64,000 bases of DNA from a virus: the IMG/VR virus record IMGVR_UViG_3300009159_000050, positions 1 to 64,000 of that record, one strand, 5' to 3'. Positions 53,687 through 63,799 of the stretch are shown here, piece after piece. The notes under the pieces are model-generated. The model saw nothing but the letters and a program-made list of their open reading frames with translations. It searched no databases and was not told the origin of the DNA. The translations under genes and the position numbers were made by a program. Every line of letters starts with the position of its first letter. Position 1 is the first letter of the stretch.

Positions 53687-54700
53687 TCAGACATTTAGTA
53701 TTTTAGTCTTAATAGAGTCTTGTAGATCTAAATCTTCTCTAACTCTATTAACAAAACCTTCCCTGCCTTGAACCTTTGTGCCATCAGGTAGTACATACCA
53801 TGCACCTGTGCGTTCAACAATACCCATCATTTCAGCCGTATCAACAAGGTCGCCAATGCTATCAATACCCACATTATCTCCCCTGAAATAAAAGTCGTAC
53901 TCGCCAGACTGAAAGCCAGGAGAAGTCTTAGAGAATTGGAGTTCCCAACGAATTTTGCGACCAATTTTTTCTTCAATAAGTTTATCTCCAACATGAATCT
54001 TGCCTTTAATTGCTTGATTATCTGACTCTGACGAAAATAGTTTAATAACTGTTGAGGAATAAAACTTAGTAGCTTGACCACCAGTAGGCTGCTGGCTAGT
54101 ATACATAGCACTAATATTATTGCGAGACTGGCTAATAAGCACAAGCATAGTAGGCTTAACTTTATTATTAGCGTAGTTAAGCATCTTCCATGCATTGCTA
54201 AAGTCTCTAGATTCCGCTCCAATTTGCTTGGTATTCTCAAGTTGCTTAAGTTCATCTGAATCCTTTTCAAAATATATTGCTGGTAACAATGAAGTGATAG
54301 AGTCAATAACTATTATATCAACTCCAGCCTGCATTAGGTTAGTACCAACATCAACCATTTCATTTATTGTACGGCATTGTGAAACAATAAGCTTAGATGA
54401 ATCAACACCAAGGCTTTCTGCCCATTTCTTATCATATGACATTTCAGCATCAATCCATGCACAGACCTTTCCTTCCTTCTGTGCTAGACCTATCATTTGA
54501 AGGCATAGAGAGGACTTTGCAGATGACTTTGAGCCCCAGACCAGTACTTGTCTTCCATATGGCAACCCACCGTTAAGAGCACGGTTTAAACCGAAGCTAG
54601 GGGTTGCTGCATATTGTGTATCTGGAATAGTGTCTCCAGCCATGACGGTCTTTCTTAGCTTTGGGCTAAGTTGAGCTAATACTTCTTCTACTGTTATCAT
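53687..54700 (-). CDS. recA: RecA-like recombinase
   Basis: GGLPYGR, GSKSSAKS, WIDAE, VIDS, TGG.A.KFYSS, GAWY. Confidence 0.9.
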   Translation of the reverse strand: MITVEEVLAQLSPKLRKTVMAGDTIPDTQYAATPSFGLNRALNGGLPYGRQVLVWGSKSSAKSSLCLQMIGLAQKEGKVCAWIDAEMSYDKKWAESLGVDSSKLIVSQCRTINEMVDVGTNLMQAGVDIIVIDSITSLLPAIYFEKDSDELKQLENTKQIGAESRDFSNAWKMLNYANNKVKPTMLVLISQSRNNISAMYTSQQPTGGQATKFYSSTVIKLFSSESDNQAIKGKIHVGDKLIEEKIGRKIRWELQFSKTSPGFQSGEYDFYFRGDNVGIDSIGDLVDTAEMMGIVERTGAWYVLPDGTKVQGREGFVNRVREDLDLQDSIKTKILNV

Positions 54701-55017
54701 TAAAATCGTACCCCGTGTTTTTCTGGTCTAGTTTTATTAAAGTTAGTCTTTTCTTCCATTGCATAATCTAGTGATATCTTAGTATACCCTGCTTCAACCA
54801 TTCCTGCATAGAGATCTAGTGTACGAATTAAAATATCTGCTACTTCTTTAGCAATTTCTTCTTCGCCCTTATCCTTACGCACAGCTTCCATAACCTCAGT
54901 TACTTCAGACACAATCATCATGCACTGCTTAGCAATAAAAATATCATCAATATCTTCAGGCCAAAAACCTTTTTTTACTGCTGCTTCATGTAAAGCAATT
55001 GCTAAATCATCAAACAC
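54700..55017 (-). CDS. MazG-like NTP pyrophosphohydrolase
   Basis: SEVTEVMEA, EVADILIR, N..RP.KHG. Confidence 0.8.
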   Translation of the reverse strand: MFDDLAIALHEAAVKKGFWPEDIDDIFIAKQCMMIVSEVTEVMEAVRKDKGEEEIAKEVADILIRTLDLYAGMVEAGYTKISLDYAMEEKTNFNKTRPEKHGVRF

Positions 55018-58000
55018 TTTCTACCTCATTCATTGTAACAGTTCCATCCTTAGTCTTTCCAAAATCAAATTTATACACACTGCCTTCTTCAATCTTCATG
55101 TAAGCTTTTGCAAACTGCATTGGAAAAACAACAACTGAATGCATCTCTCTTGCTGAATCTGCAAGAACCAGGGAAGCCATCTTTTTGCCAGCCTTAGTCA
55201 CTCTTGGTTTAAAGGAGACAACAAAGTGTTCCCCTTCTTTGTATGGCAACATCTTATAATTTAAAAACTTAACCAAAGAACTTTTAGATTCCTTTAGTTC
55301 ATCAGCAGGTATTGCAGACACAATCCTATTATCACTTGCAAGAATGAGATAAGTGCGACCAGTCTCAATAGACGGAGACTCCTCATCAAATATACCAACA
55401 CTGCCAGTCTTGTCCAAAACTTCAACTCGTGACCATCCTGTTCCTCGTTTAATTGACTTTACCATACCAAGCAATACAAAAGATCCAGTCTCTTCATACT
55501 CCTCAATATCATTAATGTATGCATAGTAATGTTGTGGAATAGATGTATTAAACTCAGGAAGGTTTAAGTACTCGTAAAGATTTTCTTTAACTTCCTGCGG
55601 ATTTGCTGCATTGTCTGGAAAAGTAAGTGCGCCTACACATCTCATTGCCTGTAGAGCACGACTATTAACTCCATTGCCCTTTGTAAAAGTAAACTCTTCT
55701 ACTTGCTTATATGATGTGAACGGACGGCCTGCAATATATCTTTCTGCAATCTTATCAGAGATATATTTAATACCCGTAAGCCCAAACCTAATCCCTTTGC
55801 CCTCAATCTTAAAATCAATTTCCGAATCATTAAGATGCGGAAGCTTAACAGGTATACCCATACGTTTTGCTTCAATTAAATACTCTGTTCTTCCGTCTTT
55901 ATCTTTTTCATTCTTCAGCAATGCAAACATAAACTCTAGTGGATAGTGATACTTTAGCCACGCTGTCCAGTATGAAAGTGTTGAGTATGCTACAGCGTGA
56001 GACTTATTAAATGAGTACCCTGCGTGAGCCTCAAAGTCATGCCATAGGTCTAGCGCATCATTTGGCGAAAGGTATTGCGAAGCACCTTTAACAAATTTAT
56101 CCTTGAACTCGTCAAAGTCTTTAGCATCTTTCTTCTTTCCAATGATCTTTCTAACTTTGTCCGCTTCCGACATGGACATACCGCCAAGCTGTACGCATGC
56201 TTGCATAACTTGTTCTTGGTAAAGAATACAACCATAAGTTTCCTCCGTAAATGATTTCATAACTTGGTGCTTATAGTCAATGTTTTCACGACCATGCTTA
56301 CGAGCAATATAAGATTTACCAATAGTGTTCATAGCACCAGGACGAACTAATGCATTTGAAGCTGCTAGTTCAGCAAGATTTTTTACACGCATCTTGACTA
56401 GAAGGTTTGTATATGGTGCTGCTTCACATTGAAACACGCCCTTTGTGTAACCATCTGACAACATAGTGTACACGTTTGCATCATCCATATCAATCTTAAG
56501 AAGGTCAATCTTTGTTCCTTCTCTGTCTTTAATAATATCAATACAATCTTTAAGAACACTAAGAGTCTTAAGACCAAGAGCATCAATCTTAATAAGACCA
56601 ATATTTTCAGCCTCACCCATATCAACTGCTACCACTGGAATTCTTTCATCTTGTCCAGTAACTGATCTTGTTTCTAATGGTGCGTATCTGAAGATTGGAT
56701 CTTTACTTGTTACAACTCCTGCTGCATGGATTCCAGTGCCACGAATTCTTCCACGAAGCTGATCTCCATAAACCTCTACCTCTGGATACTTCTCTCTAAA
56801 CCAATATGTATTTTTTGAAGTACAATAATCGTCCCATGTATCAACCACCTTAAGTACTTTATTTACATCTGGAAGAGGTATGTTTAAGCATCGTGCAACA
56901 TCTCGCACAACACCCTTATCTTTAAACTGCAAGAATGTGGCAATAGAAGCAACATGGCGATACTGACGAACCAAATAATCTTTTACTTCATCACGACGAG
57001 TGTCTTGGATGTCTGAGTCAATATCAGGAAAATCATTACGGTCTGGGTTAATAAAACGAAAGAACAACAGTCCATGCTTAATTGGATCAATATCTGTAAT
57101 GCCAAGTGCATAACAAAGCAAAGATCCTGCTGCAGATCCACGACCAGGACCAACCATAATACCTTCACTCTTAGCCCAGTTTAACATGTTGCGTACTACT
57201 AGGAAGTATGGTCCAAAATTCTTTTGTCCAATAATCTCTAACTCTTCATCAAGTCGTGAAAGATACTCTTCATTGTTTTCTAGTTTTCTTTCAGCCAAAC
57301 CTTCAAGAGCAAGCTTCTTAAGTTCATTCATTGGCTTCTTATATTGAACTGGAAGTAAATCTAGGTGTTCTTTAATGTCATAGCCTTCTACTTTATCTGC
57401 AATTTCATTTGTAGATGTGAACATATCTTCACGATCAATACCTTGCTTTAGCATTGCATCCCTCATCTCTTCATAAGAAAGAAGATGAATGTCAAACTTA
57501 TTAAAACTCATCATACGGTCTGCGCCATAAAGATAATCAAGACGATCCATAAATGATTCGTGCTTCTTTGACTTATCGTATGTTACATCTTTCTGTAACT
57601 TGGCATGAGTATTAAGAAGAAGCATTAGCTCCTGAACTTCTTTTTGACTTGTGTCAGAGTGATGGCAGTCTGGTGTTACAACGATCTTAACCTTTGCTGC
57701 ATCGGCAAGTTCAATAATTCCTTTATTAACTTCTGGTGGGTTGTGTGGCATTACTTCAATATAGTAATCATCGCCAAATTCTTTTTTAAACCACTGTATA
57801 TGTTTCTTTGCTGTTGCAAGTTCCCCTAGCTCAACAGCCTTTGCTATCCAGCCACTAAGACATGCGGATGTAACAATAATTCCTTCTTTGTACTTAGTAA
57901 GTGTTTCAAAATCAAACCTTGGCTTGCTAAAGAAACCATCTGTCCATGCAATCTCATTAATCTTATTAAGGTTTTCTAAACCCTGTTGGTTCTTAGCGAG

Positions 58001-58285
58001 AAGAACTATATGATGATAGTTTTGGTCAAGAGGGTCTGGGCGGTCTGCCTTTGCTCTCTTATCTTCCATACTTGTCGTCATATAGCCTTCTACACCAAGT
58101 ATTGGCTTAATTCCATTTGCTTTTGCAATACGGTGCAGTTCCCTATGCCCAGATAAAGTACCGTGGTCAGTAATGGCAATCGCTGTCATTCCTAACTCAA
58201 CTGCACGGTTCACGTATTCTTCTGGAGTAGCAACACCATCCATTAAGGAGTAGTGTGTATGGACATGTAAGCCAACGTAGTTCAT
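55010..58285 (-). CDS. dnaE: DNA polymerase III alpha subunit
   Basis: PHP HVHTHYS..DG, GRGSAAGSL, PDIDSD, HAAGVV, YSFNKSHA. Confidence 0.95.
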   Translation of the reverse strand: MNYVGLHVHTHYSLMDGVATPEEYVNRAVELGMTAIAITDHGTLSGHRELHRIAKANGIKPILGVEGYMTTSMEDKRAKADRPDPLDQNYHHIVLLAKNQQGLENLNKINEIAWTDGFFSKPRFDFETLTKYKEGIIVTSACLSGWIAKAVELGELATAKKHIQWFKKEFGDDYYIEVMPHNPPEVNKGIIELADAAKVKIVVTPDCHHSDTSQKEVQELMLLLNTHAKLQKDVTYDKSKKHESFMDRLDYLYGADRMMSFNKFDIHLLSYEEMRDAMLKQGIDREDMFTSTNEIADKVEGYDIKEHLDLLPVQYKKPMNELKKLALEGLAERKLENNEEYLSRLDEELEIIGQKNFGPYFLVVRNMLNWAKSEGIMVGPGRGSAAGSLLCYALGITDIDPIKHGLLFFRFINPDRNDFPDIDSDIQDTRRDEVKDYLVRQYRHVASIATFLQFKDKGVVRDVARCLNIPLPDVNKVLKVVDTWDDYCTSKNTYWFREKYPEVEVYGDQLRGRIRGTGIHAAGVVTSKDPIFRYAPLETRSVTGQDERIPVVAVDMGEAENIGLIKIDALGLKTLSVLKDCIDIIKDREGTKIDLLKIDMDDANVYTMLSDGYTKGVFQCEAAPYTNLLVKMRVKNLAELAASNALVRPGAMNTIGKSYIARKHGRENIDYKHQVMKSFTEETYGCILYQEQVMQACVQLGGMSMSEADKVRKIIGKKKDAKDFDEFKDKFVKGASQYLSPNDALDLWHDFEAHAGYSFNKSHAVAYSTLSYWTAWLKYHYPLEFMFALLKNEKDKDGRTEYLIEAKRMGIPVKLPHLNDSEIDFKIEGKGIRFGLTGIKYISDKIAERYIAGRPFTSYKQVEEFTFTKGNGVNSRALQAMRCVGALTFPDNAANPQEVKENLYEYLNLPEFNTSIPQHYYAYINDIEEYEETGSFVLLGMVKSIKRGTGWSRVEVLDKTGSVGIFDEESPSIETGRTYLILASDNRIVSAIPADELKESKSSLVKFLNYKMLPYKEGEHFVVSFKPRVTKAGKKMASLVLADSAREMHSVVVFPMQFAKAYMKIEEGSVYKFDFGKTKDGTVTMNEVESV

Positions 58286-58289
58286 CTAG

Positions 58290-58946
58290 TTACCAGTCAA
58301 TATTGGCTGATGAAGAAGATGAAGGAGTATCAAAGCCTAGATAAAAGGCTTCCTGTTCCGCATAAGGAACTTTGTTAAGAGCCTTCTCCAATGGATATGG
58401 CTCAACTCCTGCCCAATCAAATGGAGCAGAATCTGGAGTACTTGGAATAAGTGTATAGCTTGTTTCAGTTCCCTGACCATTACGCTTTACCTTCCAAGTA
58501 AGATTTGAAATGCTACCTGTCTCAAGTGCATATTCACGAATAGTATTAAATGCTGATTGCTTGCTAACACCCATGTTCCAAATTGCAACATACGGTGCTT
58601 CAATGCCATCATCTACAAGAACATTGCAATAGAAGCGAAGACGTGCTCTCCAGCCAGCCTTCATATCCTTGCGGTGCATCTCTTCTGCCCAGTCACGACC
58701 TTCTGATTCCATTGTGTCTACAGCCTTGCGCTTGTAGTCCTTTGGATTTGTGTGTTCTGAAACAACTAGCGCAAGGCCTCGTGCCTCGCTGTAATTTGCT
58801 GAATCTTCATCTAGTTCTTCAATGAAACGAATCTTTACTGCTTGTCCATCAGCGATCTTGAACCAACGAACCTTTGAACCTGTGCCTTCAAACTTTGGCT
58901 TATCTACTAGTGCGTTGATGTTTTTTAGTCCTTTTACAATTGCCAT
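58290..58946 (-). CDS. ssDNA-binding protein (gp32-like)
   Basis: KRNGQGTETSY; acidic/aromatic C-terminus NIDW; position in replication module. Confidence 0.65.
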   Translation of the reverse strand: MAIVKGLKNINALVDKPKFEGTGSKVRWFKIADGQAVKIRFIEELDEDSANYSEARGLALVVSEHTNPKDYKRKAVDTMESEGRDWAEEMHRKDMKAGWRARLRFYCNVLVDDGIEAPYVAIWNMGVSKQSAFNTIREYALETGSISNLTWKVKRNGQGTETSYTLIPSTPDSAPFDWAGVEPYPLEKALNKVPYAEQEAFYLGFDTPSSSSSANIDW

Positions 58947-58975
58947 TTTGTCCTGCTCCTTTTTTATTATTGTTT

Positions 58976-59902
58976 TTATTTTAGCATAGATATGATTGAA
59001 TTGTCAAACTGGAACTCCAGTTTTTTAATCTCATCATCATCCATGTCTCCTATGTCTTTATATTTTTTGTCTAAGCTAATAACACTTACAAGATGACCTA
59101 GCTTTTCAACTAGCTTATCTTTCATGATGCTACCAGCTTCGTCGTTGTCTGCAATTAGTACAACATTGTTGAAGTACTTTTCTAACAGTCTGATCTGAGA
59201 TACAGACACATTAGCACCCAGCGTTGCAACTGCTGGAAAACCTATCTGGTCTAAGCGGATTGCATCAAAAGATGATTCCACCACATATACTACACTAGAA
59301 CTCTTTACTCTATGTAGGTTAAATAAAACCTTGCTCTTAGGAAGTCCTGGAGTATTCTTAAAATCTTTACCTTCAATTGTCCTGGCAACAAACCCTATAC
59401 ACATACCATCTGGTGAATGTACTGGAATGGTTACAGACCCCTGCTTTTCAGAGTAACCTAAGTCAAACTTAATAACAGAGTCTTTTGTTAGTCTGCGACC
59501 ATTAAAATAATTCATTGCTACTGGAGCATCAAGTGCTTGCTTATTTAATCTTTTGATAAGCAGTTCATCATACTGAACAAAATCAGGTGGTGCATACAGT
59601 GCTTTATCTACTATTGTTTGTATATCAGACTTCTGCTCTTTGCCTTTAATGTACCTTACCGTTTCAAAATACGATCTGTTAGAAGTAAACATAATAAGCT
59701 CAACAAGATTTTTAGTTATCTGACATCCAAAACAAAAGAACAAGCCACTATCCTTTGCTACTTCTCCAGCAGGTGTTCTCGTATTATTGTGGTATGGGCA
59801 ATAGATAATAAAATCATTACCAAACTCAGCCTCAATATCAAGTCCTGCACCATTGAGAACACGACGAATCTGCTCTTCTGTATATATCTCTTTACTTACC
59901 AT
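58976..59902 (-). CDS. DNA primase
   Basis: CPYH...CFGC zinc finger; TOPRIM VESSFD, DND. Confidence 0.9.
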   Translation of the reverse strand: MVSKEIYTEEQIRRVLNGAGLDIEAEFGNDFIIYCPYHNNTRTPAGEVAKDSGLFFCFGCQITKNLVELIMFTSNRSYFETVRYIKGKEQKSDIQTIVDKALYAPPDFVQYDELLIKRLNKQALDAPVAMNYFNGRRLTKDSVIKFDLGYSEKQGSVTIPVHSPDGMCIGFVARTIEGKDFKNTPGLPKSKVLFNLHRVKSSSVVYVVESSFDAIRLDQIGFPAVATLGANVSVSQIRLLEKYFNNVVLIADNDEAGSIMKDKLVEKLGHLVSVISLDKKYKDIGDMDDDEIKKLEFQFDNSIISMLK

Positions 59903-61115
59903 CTTCAAAATCCTTATAACGATAATAGCCTTTATCAAAGTCGCATTGAACTAAGAAGTCTCCCATAAAACCATTACGGTTCTTTCTAAACGCACACTCA
60001 ATAATATCGCTGTTACTGGCACGACCTAAAGCCATTACCCAGTCAGCATCGTAGGCAATCTGTCTTGACCATGCAGTCTGTGCAAGAGTAGGAACAGTTG
60101 ACATATCCTTTACATCATCAGGTGTAGCGGATGAGATAGCAATGATAGGAACTTCTTCGCTAATAGCCATGAGCTTTAGTTCACGAGAAAGGTTTTTCAT
60201 CTTTACCGTTTCATTATCAGCCTTTTGGTTAGGGCTCATAAGTTGAAGATAGTCAACCACAACAAAGTCTGGCTTATACTGATCTATCTTTCCACGAATA
60301 ACAGAAGGTGTTACTTCACCGCCAGAGTCATTTGATATGATGTGGAATGGTGGACGGCCCTCAAGTTTATTTGCATGCCACTTCTTTAGCATATCAAGTT
60401 CTATCTCACCGTTAGATAGTTTTCTATGTGACCACAGGCCTTCACCCATAATTGTAAATACTCTGTTACGAACTTCTGTCTCACTCATTTCAAGGGAAAT
60501 TATAAGTGGTGTCTTGCCTTGCTTCCAAGCCTGTACAGCAAAGTACAAAGCCATCCATGACTTACCAATTCCAGGGTATGCAAGAAATACTCCAAGCTGT
60601 CCAGGCATAATTCCAGAAGGAAGGTAGTTATCAAACCCTGGCAAACCAGTTTTAATGCCACGCACTCCAAGTGCTTGCTGCTCTTTAACATTTTCAAAAT
60701 ATGCAATTGCAGAATCAATATCTGTTGCATCAATGTCACGAATAGAAGAAGTGTTTTTCTTTAGAGCAGAGGTCTTGGTAATCAAATCTTCAAGTGCTCG
60801 TCCGCCTTGACCACTCTGAACTTCAGTCGCAGCAGATCTTAGTATATCCTTCATGCTGTCGTTTACATACTCAACCTTTAACTCTTCAAGGTGATGCTTA
60901 GTAGCACCAACATCCTTGACAACTTCAAAATCTCTAAACTTTTCTACTACCAAAGATGAAGGGGGAACTGTTCCATTGTTTTCAGCATAGAGACGGATAA
61001 AGTTCCAGACATCGTTGTGCGTTCTTAATAGTGTCTCTACGTTTGCCTGTAGTAGTACGTGGAGTTGCTTGTCTTGTAATACCGCTGAAATTACTTTAGC
61101 TTCAGTATTATTCAC
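59892..61115 (-). CDS. dnaB: DnaB-like replicative helicase
   Basis: AYPGIGKS, SLEM, VDYLQLM, KNRNG. Confidence 0.9.
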   Translation of the reverse strand: MNNTEAKVISAVLQDKQLHVLLQANVETLLRTHNDVWNFIRLYAENNGTVPPSSLVVEKFRDFEVVKDVGATKHHLEELKVEYVNDSMKDILRSAATEVQSGQGGRALEDLITKTSALKKNTSSIRDIDATDIDSAIAYFENVKEQQALGVRGIKTGLPGFDNYLPSGIMPGQLGVFLAYPGIGKSWMALYFAVQAWKQGKTPLIISLEMSETEVRNRVFTIMGEGLWSHRKLSNGEIELDMLKKWHANKLEGRPPFHIISNDSGGEVTPSVIRGKIDQYKPDFVVVDYLQLMSPNQKADNETVKMKNLSRELKLMAISEEVPIIAISSATPDDVKDMSTVPTLAQTAWSRQIAYDADWVMALGRASNSDIIECAFRKNRNGFMGDFLVQCDFDKGYYRYKDFEDGK

Positions 61116-61416
61116 TTAGCCACTCCTTTGCTTTAGCCCTGCGTTGTTGTCTCTCTTTTAAGTCTTGTTCTACATCTAGTTTACCATTAAGAATTTTTTC
61201 TGCATTATAAGCAAAATAGTTCCAGCTTGTTTCTTGTGCAACAGAAAAGTAATACTCAAGCAGATCATAACACTGAGATATACCATAGGACTCAATGAGT
61301 CCATCTGATGCCCATTGTTCAACGTTTAAATTTAAAGATGGCTTTTGCTCATACTTTGCTGTATGCAATTTTGAGTATCTGCTAAGCAAAGCCATTCGGT
61401 CTTTGCGTTCAGCCAT
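61108..61416 (-). CDS. hypothetical protein (possible helicase loader)
   Basis: overlaps the helicase start; function from position only. Confidence 0.45.
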   Translation of the reverse strand: MAERKDRMALLSRYSKLHTAKYEQKPSLNLNVEQWASDGLIESYGISQCYDLLEYYFSVAQETSWNYFAYNAEKILNGKLDVEQDLKERQQRRAKAKEWLSE

Positions 61417-61622
61417 TACTCTGAGATTTCAGACTTTGCTTCTTGAATCTTTTCAGTTAGCTTATCTTCTACAAACTTATACACACGCTCAAAAGCTTCA
61501 GGAGTTGTTTCACCATCGCGCTTGCTATCTACAACACCAAGATCAAGTCTTAGTGATTGAAAGTTACCAAGGTTAAGAGTGTATCCTAGTGTTACATTAA
61601 TCTTTGTTGAATCGTTTTCCAT
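61416..61622 (-). CDS. conserved small phage protein
   Basis: TLNLGNFQSLRLD. Confidence 0.6.
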   Translation of the reverse strand: MENDSTKINVTLGYTLNLGNFQSLRLDLGVVDSKRDGETTPEAFERVYKFVEDKLTEKIQEAKSEISE

Positions 61623-61799
61623 TACCCACCCATTTCATTATTTTTCCGTATACTAATCATAGCATAAAGGTTTTATACTTGCAAGTTGCAAAATGTTTAT
61701 TTTTGTACAATAATATTTACAGTACTTGGCTTTTCTATTTCAACAGACAATGTTTTTTTTGTTACAGTAACAATTGCTGACTCTTTATCTATTACGATA

Positions 61800-62360
61800 T
61801 TAGTCACGTGTTACCTGACTATTGATTGAAAGAGTTCCTTGAATAAGCCTTGTAACTTCTCCAGCTGGAGATGTTATTTTTAAATCATATACATACTGTG
61901 GTGATGTAAGCAAAGCTGTTTGTGCAGCGGTTGCAGAAATTGTTACTTTTCCAGTAGTAGGATTAATGGTAAGGCCAGAGCCTACCATCGCATAGCCTCC
62001 AGATACGTAGGTACCACTTGCTGCACTATCTACAGTAAAGTTACTAGAAGTTGCAGCTTTTACCTTCACATTTGAAAGGTTGTAATCAACTGGAGTAACT
62101 CCATAGATATATGCAGTTTGATTTGCTGTAAAAGAATTAGTTGCGGTGTATGTAACTACTCCTGATGAGTTAGCAACAGCTGTAATAGCAGCTGCTTTTG
62201 CTTCTAGTGTGAATACTGGTGAAGCAGAAGTAAGAAACTCTCTTACCTGTAGCTTTCCTGTATAACCAAGTAAAGATACGGCAGAAAAATTCTCTAAATA
62301 CTCAACTGTTAATATCCAGTTTGATCCTTGATCAATTGTAGGGCTATAATCCTTTGCCAT
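61800..62360 (-). CDS. virion adaptor-like protein
   Basis: IDQGS...QVRE...YVYDL...RLIQG...VTR. Confidence 0.55.
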   Translation of the reverse strand: MAKDYSPTIDQGSNWILTVEYLENFSAVSLLGYTGKLQVREFLTSASPVFTLEAKAAAITAVANSSGVVTYTATNSFTANQTAYIYGVTPVDYNLSNVKVKAATSSNFTVDSAASGTYVSGGYAMVGSGLTINPTTGKVTISATAAQTALLTSPQYVYDLKITSPAGEVTRLIQGTLSINSQVTRD

Positions 62361-62406
62361 GCCATCTCCTAAAAATAGTTTAACCTTTAAATTATATCAC
62401 AAGTAT

Positions 62407-62949
62407 TTAGAGGGTTTCAGTCCAAACAGGTATAAACCTGCCATCTTCTGTCTTCGTATATGTAAGTATACCGTCTCCCATGCGCCTGGTCAACTCTTGA
62501 GTAGTAGGCGTCATATTATTTGTTATTAATTTGTCTTTTCTTGGCTGTCCAATATGTATGCTTGCAAGTATAGCACGAATCTCTCTTACATGTGATTCAG
62601 AGTAGTAGGATCTAATTGTAAAACCTCTTTCACCATTAACCTTAGCCCCTATTGGTGGAGGAATAACTCCTCGTTTAATTAGACTTGGCATATACTTTCT
62701 ATGCCTATTTACAAGCTTTGCAGTTTCTGCTACGCTATATGCTCTCTCTTTACCCTTTTTAAAATCAGACAGTAGGCATGTCTCTAAACGATCTTTAGTT
62801 ATATTATAAAATGTAACCATGCCAGTGGAGCGGGAGTTATGATATACCCTTACTAAGTCCCCATTCAAGAACCATACTTTAACCTTGCCTTTAATTACAG
62901 GCTCGTTATTGTATGCTTCGCTCTGAATTTTTCCTTTTGAAGTATCCAT
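62407..62949 (-). CDS. HTH (MerR-like) DNA-binding protein
   Basis: YSVAETAKLVNRH...GVIP...YYSE. Confidence 0.55.
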   Translation of the reverse strand: MDTSKGKIQSEAYNNEPVIKGKVKVWFLNGDLVRVYHNSRSTGMVTFYNITKDRLETCLLSDFKKGKERAYSVAETAKLVNRHRKYMPSLIKRGVIPPPIGAKVNGERGFTIRSYYSESHVREIRAILASIHIGQPRKDKLITNNMTPTTQELTRRMGDGILTYTKTEDGRFIPVWTETL

Positions 62950-63086
62950 TGTCCCTCTTTGGTTTCTAAAACTGGATGATAGAACTTTCTATTACCACAT
63001 ATAAGACAAGCTGTTTCTATATGATCAATGCCAGTGTACTGTCTATCTACGAACACACGACCATTACACTTTTTGCATTTTAACAT
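62895..63086 (-). CDS. zinc-ribbon protein
   Basis: CKKCNGRVF...CLICG. Confidence 0.55.
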   Translation of the reverse strand: MLKCKKCNGRVFVDRQYTGIDHIETACLICGNRKFYHPVLETKEGQWILQKEKFRAKHTITSL

Positions 63087-63090
63087 TTAT

Positions 63091-63282
63091 TTATTCAGCT
63101 TCTTTGGTAAGAATGTTTTCAACAGATAAAGAATAGTCATTGATTGCTTTTTCTTTATTTTGTTTTTCTTGTATTAGTTCCGTAATCTCTGCTCTTAAAA
63201 TTGCAATCTGGGTTTCATAATTAGAGACCAGTTCTCCAATTCTCTGTTGTAGAACGGTAATTACTAGTTCCGCTTTATCCAT
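63091..63282 (-). CDS. coiled-coil hypothetical protein
   Basis: heptad pattern. Confidence 0.5.
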   Translation of the reverse strand: MDKAELVITVLQQRIGELVSNYETQIAILRAEITELIQEKQNKEKAINDYSLSVENILTKEAE

Positions 63283-63291
63283 TATGATAGC

Positions 63292-63504
63292 CTATCCTTG
63301 TATTGATTCAAGTTCAGACAGTAGTGCATTGTGCTTTAACAGCTCTTTTGCTATCTGACTGCTTAAAGAATCTACAGTAGATTGATTTATTGGATCAACT
63401 GCTTGTTCTGCAATTAAGCTTACTTGCAAATTATATACGTTTGTCAAGACAGCCCTAATGTGCTGGTTTACAATGTTTTGTTTTTCTTCATTAGTTAGTT
63501 CCAT
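63292..63504 (-). CDS. hypothetical protein
   Basis: GGAGG RBS. Confidence 0.5.
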   Translation of the reverse strand: MELTNEEKQNIVNQHIRAVLTNVYNLQVSLIAEQAVDPINQSTVDSLSSQIAKELLKHNALLSELESIQG

Positions 63505-63522
63505 GTTGATCCTCCATAAAAA

Positions 63523-63798
63523 TTATACCACATCTTCAGTGTTTTGAATAGCTCCCCACTTACCAAGTGGACAGGTTGCATGAGGCAGCTTTGCTTTTTC
63601 TTTCATAAAGCAACCACACTTTTTGCATTGTTTGGTAGCTTGTATGAGAGAAGGACACTTAAGACAATTGTCTTCATAGCGATATTTAAATACGTCATCA
63701 TCAACACGATCAATATTTGGATTAAGTAGATCCCAAGGCCTTACGGGGTCTCCTGCATTTTTCTCTTTCCACAATTGCCAGGGTGATTTTTCTGACAA
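63523..63798 (-). CDS. DUF6171-like Cys-rich protein
   Basis: CLKCP...CKKCGCFM...CPLGKW. Confidence 0.6.
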   Translation of the reverse strand: MSEKSPWQLWKEKNAGDPVRPWDLLNPNIDRVDDDVFKYRYEDNCLKCPSLIQATKQCKKCGCFMKEKAKLPHATCPLGKWGAIQNTEDVV

Positions 63799-63799
63799 G

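Noticed and set aside
47489-61115. Inteins, introns or stop-codon recoding in terminase, DnaE, DnaB and RecA
   Set aside because: The proteins are normal length and uninterrupted in the standard code, and no suppressor tRNA was seen.
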